A stretch of DNA of 64,000 nt from Squalus acanthias. Its lineage: Eukaryota. The notes below the pieces were generated by a model. It saw only the letters and a list, made by a program, of their open reading frames with translations. It had not been told where the DNA came from and searched no databases. Each line of letters begins with the position of its first letter. Within the stretch, counting starts at the first letter, position 1. Positions 50,389 through 61,791 of this stretch are shown here, one piece after another. Location: contig CM059431.1 of NCBI GenBank assembly GCA_030390025.1, positions 97,900,001-97,964,000 of the forward strand. Direction: 5' to 3'. Both the position numbers and the translations under genes were made by a program.

Positions 50389-50829
50389 CACTGTATTTTT
50401 AGCATGTTCCAGGCCCCAGCCCATAAGCAGAGGTCCAACACAATTCACTGTCAGGCAAGTTATCAGATGTCAGCGGGCGAGTGTGGAAACACAACTCAGA
50501 AAGGAAGAGGGGAATCTGCAGCATTCACCTCTCCACATGTGGACAGAATGGTCGATGCTGGTACTCGCACAGAGAGAACTCACCCTGATTCCATCTCCAT
50601 TGATGGCTTCTTATCTGTCAGCGAGACATTACTGAGCGACATCGGGAGGTTCTGCTTCACGCAGCGAGTGATCGACCCTTGGATTAGATGGAGGTGCAAA
50701 TCCTGGAACCTTCAGGGGAGGCCGGGTGGAGGATTGTTCTGGACGGATGAATTAAAATGGGCTGAATGGCCTTTCCCATCCCTCAGTATCTTGCGATCTG
50801 GTGAGCCGAGGTGACTGTGTGTTTATACT

Positions 50830-50985
50830 TGATCGATAGATTTTTGAATATTAAGGGAATCAAGGGATATGGGGATAGTTCAGGAAAGTGGAGATGAGGT
50901 AGAAGATCAGCCATGATCTTATTGAATGGTGGAGCAGGCTCGAAGGGCCAAATGGCTGACTCCTGCTCCTATTTCTTATGTTCTT
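50830..50985 (+). mobile_element. CR1 3' tail
   Basis: aagggaatcaagggatatgg...ttcttatgttctt. Confidence 0.85.
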
Positions 50986-51102
50986 ATACGTATAGGTAAA
51001 AGAAACAACCAATGCTAGAGTGAGGCAGTGCAATAAGAGAATCCCCTGGGCAGGTGGGAACTGAAGGGGTCAACCCATGGAGACACAAGGAGATGTACTT
51101 AC

Positions 51103-51210
51103 CCTGTTGACCTGGGAGCCCGGGATCACCTGGAGTGCCTTTCATCCCCTCAATGCCTGGTTCCCCTGGATGTCCAAGTTTGCCTGGAAGCCCTGGAAGC
51201 CCTGCATTTC
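51103..51210 (-). CDS. COL4A2: Collagen IV exon, 108 nt
   Basis: gttacag|GA AAT GCA...CAA CAG G|gtaagt; [37 protein letters not shown]. Confidence 0.95.
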
Positions 51211-51296
51211 CTGTAACATAACACACAGCGTTGATATACAATCTTGCGTAAACATGGGCAACGTGCTTATCAGATACAGCATGAGAGGCCGCTTAC

Positions 51297-51371
51297 CTTT
51301 GCTCCCCAGTTGACCAGTTTCGCCCTTGCGTCCTGACTGCCCTGGCATGTTCATTGTTTCCCCCAGTGTAC
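51297..51371 (-). CDS. COL4A2: Collagen IV exon, 75 nt
   Basis: accccag|GT ACA CTG...AGC AAA G|gtaagc; GTLGETMNMPGQSGRKGETGQLGSKG. Confidence 0.93.
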
Positions 51372-51539
51372 CTGGGGTGTTGTAACAACAACATTGTGTT
51401 ATTAAAGAGTGAAGCAGTCGTACATTCCACAGTCCAGTAATGCAGCGTAGAGAGGAACAGCACACACTATACTCGCTAACTCTCAACTCATTTTCAATCT
51501 GTCCCCAAGTTAGCGGTCCACTTTTTATTTGTTCTAGCA

Positions 51540-51925
51540 ACATAGGAACAGGAGGAGGCCATTCAGCCCCTCGAGCCAGTTCCGCCATTCAATTAGATCA
51601 TGGCTGACCTGTATCTTAACTCCGTCTACCCGCCTTGGTTCCGTAACCCTTAATACCCTTACCCAACAAAAATCATCAATCTTTTGAAATTTTAAATTGA
51701 CCCCCAGCCTTAACAGCTTTTTGGGGGGAGAGAGTTCCAGATTTCCACCACCCTTTGTGTGAAGAAGTGCTTCCTGACATCACCCCTGAACGGCCTGGCT
51801 CTAATTTTAAGGTGATGCCCCCTTGTTCTGGACTCCCCCCACCAGAGGAAATAGTTTCTTTCACTCTACCCGATCGAATCTTTTAATCATCTTAAACACC
51901 TCAGTTAGATCACCCCTTAATCTCT
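51540..51925 (-). mobile_element. CR1 3' fragment
   Basis: Reverse-complement match to 45341-45640. Confidence 0.88.
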
Positions 51926-51941
51926 CTCCCAACACTCAATG

Positions 51942-52686
51942 GGGCAGAAATTTGTCTGTTGTCGGGTGAGTACGCGTTGTGTCCTCACCCGTGTACGGAA
52001 CGAAAGTGCCGGTTCCTTGCATGCACTGCGCATGCGCGGGAAACCGGCACTTCCGTTCCCCTGAGGAAAGGGGTTCAGAGGTCGAACGCGCACGCCGGAG
52101 GGCCAGCGCGTTCGCCTCGCACTTCGGTTTTTTTTTTACAGGTTCCTCCGTGAGGGTAAGCACGGAGAAGATACACTTTGAAAAAGGAGGCGCAAGGCCT
52201 TCTTTTAACAAGGTAAGTGTTGATTTTATTAAAATGTAAACATTTTTTTCACAGATTTATATTTTTTAATTACTTTAAAGAAAGGTAAGTTTAGTTTTAG
52301 CCCCGTTAAAAAATGTAATTAATTTTTTCAATAATTAACTATTTTAAACAAAAATTTAAATTTATGTAATTTATAGTTATTTAAAAAATGTGATTTAAAA
52401 AAAAATTTATTTGTACTTTTAGGGATGTTTTGGGGCCGATCTGTATCCATAGATTTGACAGGTCTCCCATTGGCTCTGCTGCCATTGGCTCTCCATGGCC
52501 CACGTGATCCCAGGGGACGCATCGCACTAACTACGCCCCTGGGATACACAAGCACTGCGCGCCGGCAGCTGCAGGAGGCCCAGGAGCTGAAGTCCCCGTG
52601 GGCCCAGAGGTCAACGGCAGGCGCGGTAGGTAGGTGCGCGCGCGATCCTTGCACCCGCGGGAAGCCAGGGAGCCGAATTTCTGGCC
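51942..52686. mobile_element. Non-autonomous DNA transposon (MITE-like)
   Basis: TIR GGGCAGAAATTTGTCT versus GGCCAGAAATTCGGCT (13 of 16); AATG on both flanks; GC-rich ends and AT-rich centre. Confidence 0.65.
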
Positions 52687-52804
52687 AATGAATGAGGTAG
52701 TCACTGAAAACACAGCACTGAATGAAGAATGTCACCCAGTCTGCTCCGGGAGAGCGAATACTAAATCTGTCTGTGTTGTGTGGACTTCCTTCAGCTTCAC
52801 TCAC

Positions 52805-52868
52805 CTTTTTGTCCACTCGGGCCAGGGAGGCCCAGGGCACCAGGCAGTCCGGGATTCCCCGAGACACC
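52805..52868 (-). CDS. COL4A2: Collagen IV exon, 64 nt (starts phase 0)
   Basis: tttcacag|GGT GTC TCG...CAA AAA G|gtgagt; GVSGNPGLPGALGLPGPSGQKG; its phase complements the 182-nt exon. Confidence 0.95.
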
Positions 52869-52902
52869 CTGTGAAAAAGCAACAGCGGCCCATTAAAAAG
52901 AA

Positions 52903-53646
52903 GGAACTTGCATTTCCATAGCGCCTTTCACGACCACAGGATGTCCCAAAGGGCTTTACAGCCAATGAAGTACTTTTTGAAGTGTAGTCACTGTTGTAAT
53001 GCGGCAAAAGCGGCAACCTATTCTGCACAGCAAGCTCCCACAAACAACAATGTGATAATGACCAGATAATCTGTTTCAGTGAAGTTGGTTAAGGGATAAA
53101 TGTTGGCCAGGACACCGGGGAGAACTCCCCTGCTCTTCTTCGAACAGTGCCGTGGGTTCTTTTGCATCCACCAGAGAGGGCAGACAGGGCATCGGTTTAA
53201 TGTCTCATCCAAAAAGACAGCACCTCCGACAGTGCGGCGCTCCCTCAGTACTGCCCCTCCGACAGTGCGGCGCTCCCTCAGTACTGCCCCTCCGACAGTG
53301 CGGCGCTCCCTCAGTACTGCCCCTCCGACAGTGCGGCGCTCCCTCAGTACTGCCCCTCCGACAGTGCGGCGCTCCCTCAGTACTGCCCCTCCGACAGTGC
53401 TGCACTCCCTCAATACTGCCCCTCCGACAGTGCAGCGCTCCCTCAGTACTGCCCCTCCGACAGTGCGGCGTTCCCTCAGTACTGCCCCTCCGACAGTGCG
53501 GCCCTCCCTCAGTACTGCCCCTCCGACAGTAGCGCTCCCTCAGTACAGCACCGGGAGTGTCAGCCTAGATTATGTGCTCATGTCTCTGGAGTGGGGCTTG
53601 AACCCACGACCTTCTGAGGCACGAGTGCTACCCACTGAGCCGTGAC
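52903..53646 (-). mobile_element. DeuSINE (SacSINE1-like) with about 10 copies of the 33-bp unit
   Basis: Same head, core and tail as 35855-37132; array at about 53221-53546. Confidence 0.85.
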
Positions 53647-53721
53647 TTTAGGACAAATTCAGTTCAGCACTCGGAGAGAGATCAGTCCGAATGAAAGGCA
53701 AATGCTTTCCGTCAAACCTAC

Positions 53722-53903
53722 CTTCTCGCCATACATCCCGGGGAAGCCGCTAATGCCCGGAGGACCGGTTGATCCCGGCATTCCTTTACTCCCAGTCTCA
53801 CCGGGGAGTCCTGGGAATCCTGGAAGACCTTTCTGGTGCCCTGGAACTCCAGGGAAACCATGGTGCCCAAGCTGGCCCGGGAGTCCTGGCATCCCTTTAG
53901 ACC
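53722..53903 (-). CDS. COL4A2: Collagen IV exon, 182 nt (ends phase 0)
   Basis: caattag|GG TCT AAA...GAG AAG|gtaggt; [10 protein letters not shown]...GHQKG...GMYGEK. Confidence 0.95.
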
Positions 53904-54002
53904 CTAATTGAAAAAAACCACAGAAGCCAAAATCAGTGTTTGCTGATGGAGACGGCCCCAGTCCTTTATTCCCTGGTTAGATGCACAGCAACAGTCACAC
54001 AA

Positions 54003-54385
54003 ACTTGCTTTTATAAAGCGCCTTTAACATGGTAAAATGGCCCAAGGAGTTTCACAGGAGCGATTATCAAACAAAATTTGATACAAGGCACATAAGGAGG
54101 TATTAGGACAGGTGACCAAAAGCTTGGTCAAAGAGGTCGGTTTTAAGGAGGAAAGAGAGGTTGTGAGGCAGAAAGGTTTAGGGAGGGAATTCCAGAGCTT
54201 AGGGCCCAGGCAGCTGAAGGCACGGCCGCCAATGGTGGAGCGATGAAAATCGGGGATGCGCAAGAGGCCAGAATTGGAGGAGCGCAGAGATCTCGGAGGG
54301 TTGTAGGGCTGGAGGAGATTACAGAGATAGGGAGGGGCGAGGCCATGGAGAGATTTTAAAACAAGGATGAGAATTTTATAATTCG
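54003..54385 (-). mobile_element. L2 LINE 3' end
   Basis: GGRAFSCLGPKLWNSLP plus L2 tail. Confidence 0.9.
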
Positions 54386-54799
54386 AGACTTCAGTAATTT
54401 TTTAAGTTTAATCATGCAGGCTGGGCCTTGGAAACAAAGGCATCTCCCTTAGACCTCCCTGTCTCACCCTGCTATGTGGAGGAACATGACAGAGAGGCCA
54501 GGGGAGAGGCACTGTAGACCCTTTGTCCTTGCCCAGTGATCCCCACACCTCCTGTCTTCACACCCAAGCTGGGTTGCGTAAGCCCGTCGGCAAAGTGCAC
54601 GAAAAATGCCCAGAATGGAGTTTCCAGGTGAACTGTGAGAAAACAGAATGGGTTAATGCTAAGAATCATGGGTACTTCAAGCTACCCCTGGCTGTCTCAC
54701 AGCATCTGGTTCCAATTAGCCTGTGGAACCAGAAACATCCAGGCTTGTCAAGGGCAAATGTTTCGATGAGCACATGAGGAAGTGATTGGAGTAATAAAT

Positions 54800-55112
54800 G
54801 CAGAATTGGAGGAGTGCAGATATCTTGAGGGGTTGCGGGGCTGAAGGAGATTACAGAGATAGGGGGGGGGGCGAGGAGGTCATGGAGGGATTTGAAAACA
54901 AGGTGAGAATTTTAAAATCGAGGAGTTGCTTAACTGGGAGCCAATGTAGGTCAGCGAGCACAGGTTTGATGGGTGAATGGGACTTGGTGCGAGTTAGGAC
55001 ACAGGCAGCCGAGTTTTGGATGAGCTCAAGTTTAAGAAGGGTGCAAGGTGGGAGGCCGGCCAGGAGTGCGTTGGAATAGTTGAGTCTAGAGGTAACAAAG
55101 GCTTGGATGAGG
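54800..55112 (-). mobile_element. L2 LINE internal fragment
   Basis: AFVTSRLNYSNALL...IQNSAA...LHWLPV. Confidence 0.88.
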
Positions 55113-55347
55113 GTCAACTTCATATGTGCGCCGTTCAGTGCTGTCCGCCGGGTCCGAAAAGGACAATAAGTGACTTCCGAGACTGGCAAATCGGGCCGAT
55201 AAATGTTGGATTAAACTTAATCAGAGAAATGTGAGGTGATACATTTTGTAATAACGAATGAGGATCCCATTCAGTTTCAGATATAATCAGCACAGTGCAT
55301 CCAAGTGTATACGGAATTAGTAATTCCTGCAGTCATTAAAAGCAGTC

Positions 55348-55590
55348 AGAATCACAGAATGATACAGGACAGAAGGAGGCCATTCGGCCCATCGTGCCTG
55401 TGCCGGCTCTTTGAACGAGCTCTCCAATTAGTCCCACTCCTCCTGCTCTTTCCCCAGAGCCCTGTGAATTTTTCCTTTTCAAGTATTTATCAAATTCCCT
55501 TTTGAAAGTTATTATTGAATCTGCTTCCCTTTCAGGCAGCGCATTCCAGATCACAACAACTCGCTGCGTAAAAAAAATTCTCATTTCCCC
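55348..55590 (-). mobile_element. CR1 3' fragment
   Basis: FFTQRVVVIWNALP plus tail. Confidence 0.88.
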
Positions 55591-55732
55591 CCAGAAGTTG
55601 GAGAGGCTTCAGTTGAATTGCAACACCGGCTCGAAAGTGATCTAAACAACATGGATAAGATTTAGGATTATCCCAAATGTCAGAGGCAACAGGTCAATTC
55701 TTCCCCGTTTTCATATTTCCGTCATACCATAC

Positions 55733-55858
55733 CTCTGGGACCGACGAATCCAGATTCCCCAGAATAACCGAGAGCTCCCTTGTCCCCCTTCACTCTCTCC
55801 ATCATGGCGGGCTCGATTGGTGGCTGTGGTCCTGGAGGCCCATTTGCTCCACGGTCAC
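55733..55858 (-). CDS. COL4A2: Collagen IV exon, 126 nt, with long non-helical interruption
   Basis: accacag|GT GAC CGT...CCC AGA G|gtatgg; GDRGANGPPGPQPPIEPAMMERVKGDKGALGYSGESGFVGPRG. Confidence 0.95.
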
Positions 55859-56134
55859 CTGTGGTCATTAATAAAGCATCGTCACTCTCCAATAACCAAA
55901 GCCTTTGGTCTCGTGAGGTGTCCATCACACTTTACATGTGCCCAAAGTACAGAACAGAAGAGTGGGTCAATCTGGTTCCTTTAGTGTAGAACCCGATTGA
56001 AAGTGTACAGCTCCTGCTACACATCAATTCCATCCATGTATCACATATTACAAATCTTCCCCTCCTTAACCCCTCACCCCTCCTTTCCCTCAACCTCCTC
56101 CCACCTCCGATGGAAGGATGGAAGGGCATTTCAC

Positions 56135-56853
56135 CACCACCGGAAATCTCAAAGCGCTTTACAGCCAATTAAGTACTTTGAGTCACTGTTGTAATGTGGG
56201 AAACATGGCAGCCAATTTGCGTACAGCACACAAACAGCAATGCAATAATGACCAGATAATCTGTTTTTGTTATGTTGGTTGAGGGGTAAATATTGGCCCC
56301 AGGACACCGGGGAGAACTCCCCTGCTCTTCTTCGAAATAGTGCCATGGGATTTTTTACGTCCACCTGAGAGAGCAGACGGGGCCTCGGTTTAACGTCTCA
56401 TATGAAAAACGACACCTCTGACAGTGCAGCACTCCCTCAGTACTGCCCCTCTGACAGTGCGGCGCTCCCTCAGTACTGCCCCTCCGACAGTGCTGCGCTC
56501 CCTCAGTACTGCCCCTCCGACAGTGCGGCGCTCCCTCAGTACTGCCTCTCCGACAGTGTGGCGCTCCCTCAGTACTGCCCTCCGACAGTGCGGCGCTCCC
56601 TCAGTACTGCCCCTCCGACAGTGTGGCGCTCCCTCAGTACTGCCCCTCCGACAGTGCAGCGCTCCCTCAGTACCTGCCCGTCCAACAGTGCGGCGCTCCC
56701 TCAGTACTGCACCTCCGACAGTGCAGCGCTCCCTCAGTACTGCACTGGAGTGTCAGCCTAGCTTTTTGTGCTCAAGTCCCTGGAGTGGGGACTTGAACCC
56801 ACAACCTTCTGACTCAGAGGCGAGTGGGCTACCCACTGAGCCACAGCTGACAC
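56135..56853 (-). mobile_element. DeuSINE (SacSINE1-like) with about 10 copies of the 33-bp unit
   Basis: Same family; array at about 56413-56742. Confidence 0.85.
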
Positions 56854-57311
56854 TGTATGTAATGCACATAGTCTTGATTTAGTCTTGAGACTAGTCATCT
56901 AATAAAATCTGAAACAAACCATGTATAAATTGATCTCTTCTGGACTAGTGATAGGCACGTTGATGCCATAAATTGTGCGCCTGCCTCTTCCCTCCGCATA
57001 TGGATAATGGGGCAAATTTTCAGCGGCTCCTCTCCCAGAGTGGAGTCTGCGTCATTGGGAGCACGGATCAGAGACCTGGAAAAGCAGTGGGTGGAAAATG
57101 GGGAAGTGCCAGGAATGAAGTAGGAGTTATGGAGTCCGGGAGAGTTATACACAGGGTGGCTGCACGTGGAATTACGTTGCAGGACCTCAGACACAATAGA
57201 CTCATGGCCCTGAGAAACTTTGGTGGGGAGAAACTAAATAGTAATTTGCCAGACGGAACTTTGCTCTGCAAGGTTTTGTTTTAAAGCGACATTTTTGTCA
57301 CTTTGCTGCAG

Positions 57312-57712
57312 GGGCTGAGGGGTGAGCTAATAGAGGTCTTTAAAATGATGAAAGGTTTTGATAGAGTGGATACAGAGAGAATGTTTCCACTTGTGGGGAA
57401 GAGCAAAACTCGAGGCCATCAATATAAGATAGTCAGCAAGAAATCAAATAGGGAATTCAGGAGAAACTTCTTTACCCAGAGAGTGGTGAGAATGTGGAAC
57501 TCACTCCCACAGGGAGTGGTTGAAGCAAATAGTATCGATGCATTTAAGGGGCAGTTAGATAAGCATATGAGGGAGACGGGAATAGAGGGTTATGCTGATA
57601 GGTTTAGATGAGGAAAGACGGGAGGAGGCTCGAGTGGAGCATAAATGCCAGCATGGACTGGTTGGGCCGAATGGCCTGTTTCTGCGCTGTATATCCTGTG
57701 TAATTCTGTGTA
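57312..57712 (+). mobile_element. CR1 3' fragment
   Basis: LRGELIEVFK...TRGHQYK...FFTQRVV; (ctgtgtaa) tail. Confidence 0.9.
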
Positions 57713-57946
57713 ATTTAACATCTCATCTGAATAACGGCACCTCTGACAGTGCAGCACTCCCTCAGGTACCGCGCTAGATATCAGCCTCCATCGACTGCAG
57801 GTACAGACAGTACAAAAGGTAACATTAAGGCCAAATTCCTTTAATGGTTTTTAATTGTGGTGAGAATATTCTCTTGTCATAAAGGAGTGACCCAGACAGC
57901 TGATGAGCACTAACTTTCAATAAGGTTACTGCAGATTAACACTTAC

Positions 57947-58090
57947 CTTTGAGCCCTCCCCTCCCAAGGGGGCCGCTCGATCCAGTGCTTCCAGGGAATC
58001 CAGAGTCCCCCTTCAGGCCTCTGATGCCATGCCAACCTTTAACTCCCCTGGCACCGGGGAATCCTGCCATTCCTGGTGAACCTTTTAAAC
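57947..58090 (-). CDS. COL4A2: Collagen IV exon, 144 nt
   Basis: cctttag|GT TTA AAA...CTC AAA G|gtaagt; [49 protein letters not shown]. Confidence 0.95.
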
Positions 58091-58245
58091 CTAAAGGATT
58101 GAATGCAATGCACTTACGTCAGTTAGAGAACTGGGACCTCGGAACTAGCCCACGACAAGCTAGCATCATCCGCACTGGAAGCATGTTATTAATAAGGGAC
58201 AGGCGTAGAACTATGCTAAAGAATATTACGGGTCGAGGAATCAGA

Positions 58246-59005
58246 CCTATAGTGTTATAGCCCCAGTGTGGGTACAGAATGGCCCTATAGTGTTATAGCC
58301 CAGTGTGGGTACAGAATGGGCCTATAGTGTTATAGCCCAGTGTGGGTATAGAATGGCCCTATAGTGTTATAGCCCAGTGTGGGTACAGAATGGCCCTATA
58401 GTGTTATAGCCCAGTGTGGGTATAGAATGGCCCTATAGTGTTATAGCCCAGTGTGGGTACAGAATGGGCCTATAGTGTTATAGCCCAGTGTGGGTATAGA
58501 ATGGGCCTATAGTGTTATAGCCCCTGTGTGGCTATAGAATGGCCCTATAGTGTTATAGCCCCAGTGTGGGTATAGAATGGCCCTATAGTGTTATAGCCCA
58601 CTGTGAGTATAGAATGGCCCTATAGTGTTATAGCCCAGTGTGGGTACAGAATGGCCCCATAGTGTTATAGCCCCAGTGTGGGTATAGAATGGCCCTATAG
58701 TGTTATAGCCCCAGTGTGGGCACAGAATGGCCCTATAGTGTTATAGCCCCAGTGTGGGTATAGAATGGCCCTATAGTGTTATAGCCCCAGTGTGAGTATA
58801 GAATGGCCCTATAGTGTTATAGCCCCAGTGTGAGTATAGAATGGCCCTATAGTTTTATAGCCCAGTGTGAGTATAGAATTGCCCTATAGTTTTATAGCCC
58901 AGTGTGGGTATAGAATGGGCCTATAGTGTTATAGCCCAGTGTGGGTATAGAATGGGCCTATAGTGTTATAGCCCCAGTGTGGGTATAGAATGGCCCTATA
59001 GTGTT
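58246..59005. repeat. 37-38 bp minisatellite, about 20 copies
   Basis: Unit CCCTATAGTGTTATAGCCC(C)AGTGTGGGTATAGAATGG. Confidence 0.97.
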
Positions 59006-59031
59006 TAATTGATTTCTAATTATTAGTTTAC

Positions 59032-59202
59032 CTTTTAGTCCATCGAGGCCAGGCAACCCATCCATACCAACAGGAGCAAATGGTCCAGGAAATCCCACGT
59101 CCCCAAGCAGACCTTTGGCACCGGGAATCCCCGGCAAACCTTTCATCCCAGCTGGTCCCGGGGGACCTCGGTCACCATGCTCGCCTATGTAACCCTGAGA
59201 AC
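59032..59202 (-). CDS. COL4A2: Collagen IV exon, 171 nt
   Basis: gttacag|GT TCT CAG...CTA AAA G|gtaaac; [16 protein letters not shown]...[19 protein letters not shown]. Confidence 0.95.
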
Positions 59203-59225
59203 CTGTAACCAAACAAACCATCAGT

Positions 59226-59415
59226 AGGAGGAAGAGGAAGAGGAGGAGGAGGAGGAAGAGAAGAAGGAGGAGGAGCAGGAAGAGGAGGAGCAGGAAGAGG
59301 AGGAGGAGGAGTAGGAGGAGCCGGAAGAGGAGGAGTAGGAGGAGGAGGAAGAGGACGAGGACGAGGAAGAGGAAGAGGAAGAGGAAGAGGGGGTGGAGGA
59401 GGAACAGGAGGAGGA
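59226..59415. repeat. Imperfect (GAG/GAA)n trinucleotide tract
   Basis: Directly visible. Confidence 0.95.
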
Positions 59416-60279
59416 TAGGGACTGATAGAGCAAATGGAAGGGGAATGGCCAAGAGGGAGGAAAAGAAGGATGTTCCTGGGCCACTTGAAGAATGAGAGAT
59501 GGGTATTATAGTATATGTGGGTAGAACAAATGAAGGACAGAGACAGGATGAGTTACTCATAAAGGAGCTTGTTTACTAGGCCAGAGCGAACTGAGCATGC
59601 TCATACTAAACCATGTGACAAACCATGTGATAATACATTACTGGTATGGAGAATCAAAGAGAAAGGATCAAGACAGAGTGGTTTGGAGAAGGGAGAATTG
59701 AGCCAGAAGCTGCCTTCAGCCAACCGCTGATCATGAAGATGAAGATGACGTACTATCGGACATGGAGGTTTAAAGCTTACCAGGGGCCGGGGCTTGTTAA
59801 GGCCTCAAAGGTTAGACAATTGGGCCTCCCAATACTGTGACCTGGAGCAGTTGAATGTTGCTTGAGACACACGGGGCTAATGGGCAGTGAAGGGGAGGCT
59901 TGCCTTAAGAATGATTCGTTCCCCTCTTACTGACGTTATCTGACCCCATTCTCTTGACCTTGAACAGTTAAATATCTGTAAAGGGTCCAAATTTAGGGCT
60001 GAAATTAAGCAGTCAGGAGTCAGGACCCCTTCTGGCCTCTAACCCATAGGTAAGGTGGGCTGCAGTTTGACAGCTCAAATTAACCCTATTCCCACAGTGC
60101 GTGTGGGCAAGCACCGACCCTCCAACGTGTTGCAGCATCAGGGACAGAGCAAAGGGGGAGGGGGGGATGCCGTGTGGCAACAAATCGCCACCAGCTTGTT
60201 CCAACTGCTTAAAGCTGTATAAAGAAGAACTCTCGGCGTTCAACCAAAGAGAGATGACTGATGGAGGCCGTGCCAAACT

Positions 60280-60455
60280 AACCTCGGTTTAACGTCTCAT
60301 CTGAAAGACGGCACCTCCGACAGTGCGGCGCTCCTTCAGCACTGCACTGGAGTGGCAGCCTAGACTTTTGTGCTCAAGTCTCTGGCGTGGGACTTGAACC
60401 CACAACCTTCCTGACTCAGAAGCGAGGGTATTGCCCACTAAGCCACAGCTGGCAC
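60280..60455 (-). mobile_element. DeuSINE 5' half with a single unexpanded unit
   Basis: cctcggtttaacgtctcatctgaaagacggcacctccgacagtgcggcgctcc...; tRNA-like head. Confidence 0.82.
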
Positions 60456-60573
60456 CACAATATTGCTGCCCTGGTTTCCGATTGATGGTCCCTGTCCACT
60501 CAGCTTCCCCCCCGGGAATCACCCTTCATGCCTCTTAGCTACAGACAAGTAATGGTGAAAACACTCTGCTTAC

Positions 60574-60735
60574 CCACAGATCCTGGGAAACCGGGTATCC
60601 CTGGTAACCCTGGGAATCCGGGCTGTCCCAGACCCCCAGGTTGTCCCTTCAGTCCAGGCAATCCTGCAATGCCAGGTGACCCTGGCTGGCCTCGTTCACC
60701 TTTGGGAGAGGGCATTCCCAACATTCCATCCGCAC
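60574..60735 (-). CDS. COL4A2: Collagen IV exon, 162 nt
   Basis: ttcctcag|GT GCG GAT...TCT GTG G|gtaagc; [19 protein letters not shown]...GFPGSVG. Confidence 0.95.
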
Positions 60736-61229
60736 CTGAGGAAAATAAAAGTGCTTTAAGTTCCTTTGCGAATAGACGATGCATTCTCTAAACAACGGAG
60801 CTGGTTGGGCGGGATTGGTGATGACCTCGTCCATTCGAACCTCACCTGTACGATCCATCGATTCCATTCATTGCTAAAGAGATAAATGTTACGCTCCCCC
60901 CACCACCCCCCCCGACCCCGCCCCCCCAGAGCTCAGCTTGATCTTAGCGAGTGGGTGAGCTGTATGGACCTGCAAAGGCTCCTGGTCCAATCTCCAGTCT
61001 GGGTGCAGTTAGCAGTTCTCAATGACCTCAGTTTCCCTCGGTTAGGGAAAAATTCGGCAGGTGAATTTCCTCAGTGCTTCTCGTGCTCCGTGGCCGTCAC
61101 TTCACCAGATGTACAATGGAAAGACCGTTTACACCGCGAACCGGGCGCAGTGCAAGACGGGTTGTTGATTCGCTTTGAGTTGTTTTGTTCTCCTGCTGAA
61201 AATCAATTTCAATCCCCCATAGGTCAACT

Positions 61230-61753
61230 TAGAATCATAGAATCTTACAGCACAGAGGGAGGCCATTCGGCCCATCGTGCCTGTGCCGGCTCTTTGAACG
61301 AGCTCTCCAATTAGTCCCACTCCCCCCTGCTCTTTCCCCATAGCCCTGCAAATTAGTCCTCTTCAAGTACATGTCCATTGCCCTTTGAAAGTTCCTATGG
61401 ACTCTGATTCCATCACCCTTTCAGGTAGTGCGTTCCAGATCATAAAAACCCTCTGTGAAATTTCTCCTCATTTCCCCTCTAGTTCTTTTCCCAATTATTT
61501 TAAATCTGTGACCTCTGGTCACCGACCCACTTCCAGAGGAAACAGTTTCTCCCTACTTGCTCTATCAAAACCCCTCACGGTTTTCATTACCTCTATTAGG
61601 TCTCCCCTTAACCTTCTCTGCTCTAAGGAGAACAATCCCAGCTTCTCCAATCTCTCCACATAACTGAAGTCCCTCATTCCTGATATCATCCTGGTAAACC
61701 TCCTCTGTACCCTCTCCAGGGCCTTGACATCCTTCCTAAAGTGTGGTGCCCAG
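61230..61753 (-). mobile_element. CR1 3' fragment
   Basis: FWAPHFRKDVKALERVQRRFTRM; tail. Confidence 0.9.
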
Positions 61754-61791
61754 AACTTGACAGGCAAATAATAATCTTAGCTGTTCCTTGC

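Noticed and set aside
48999..50448. Extensin-like or formin-like polyproline ORFs
   Set aside because: Low-complexity tract that is open in most frames.
58958..59560. 200-aa ORF with a poly-Leu transmembrane-like stretch fused to collagen
   Set aside because: Chance read-through of an intronic (CTC/TTC)n tract into a real exon that has its own AG acceptor at 59203-59204.
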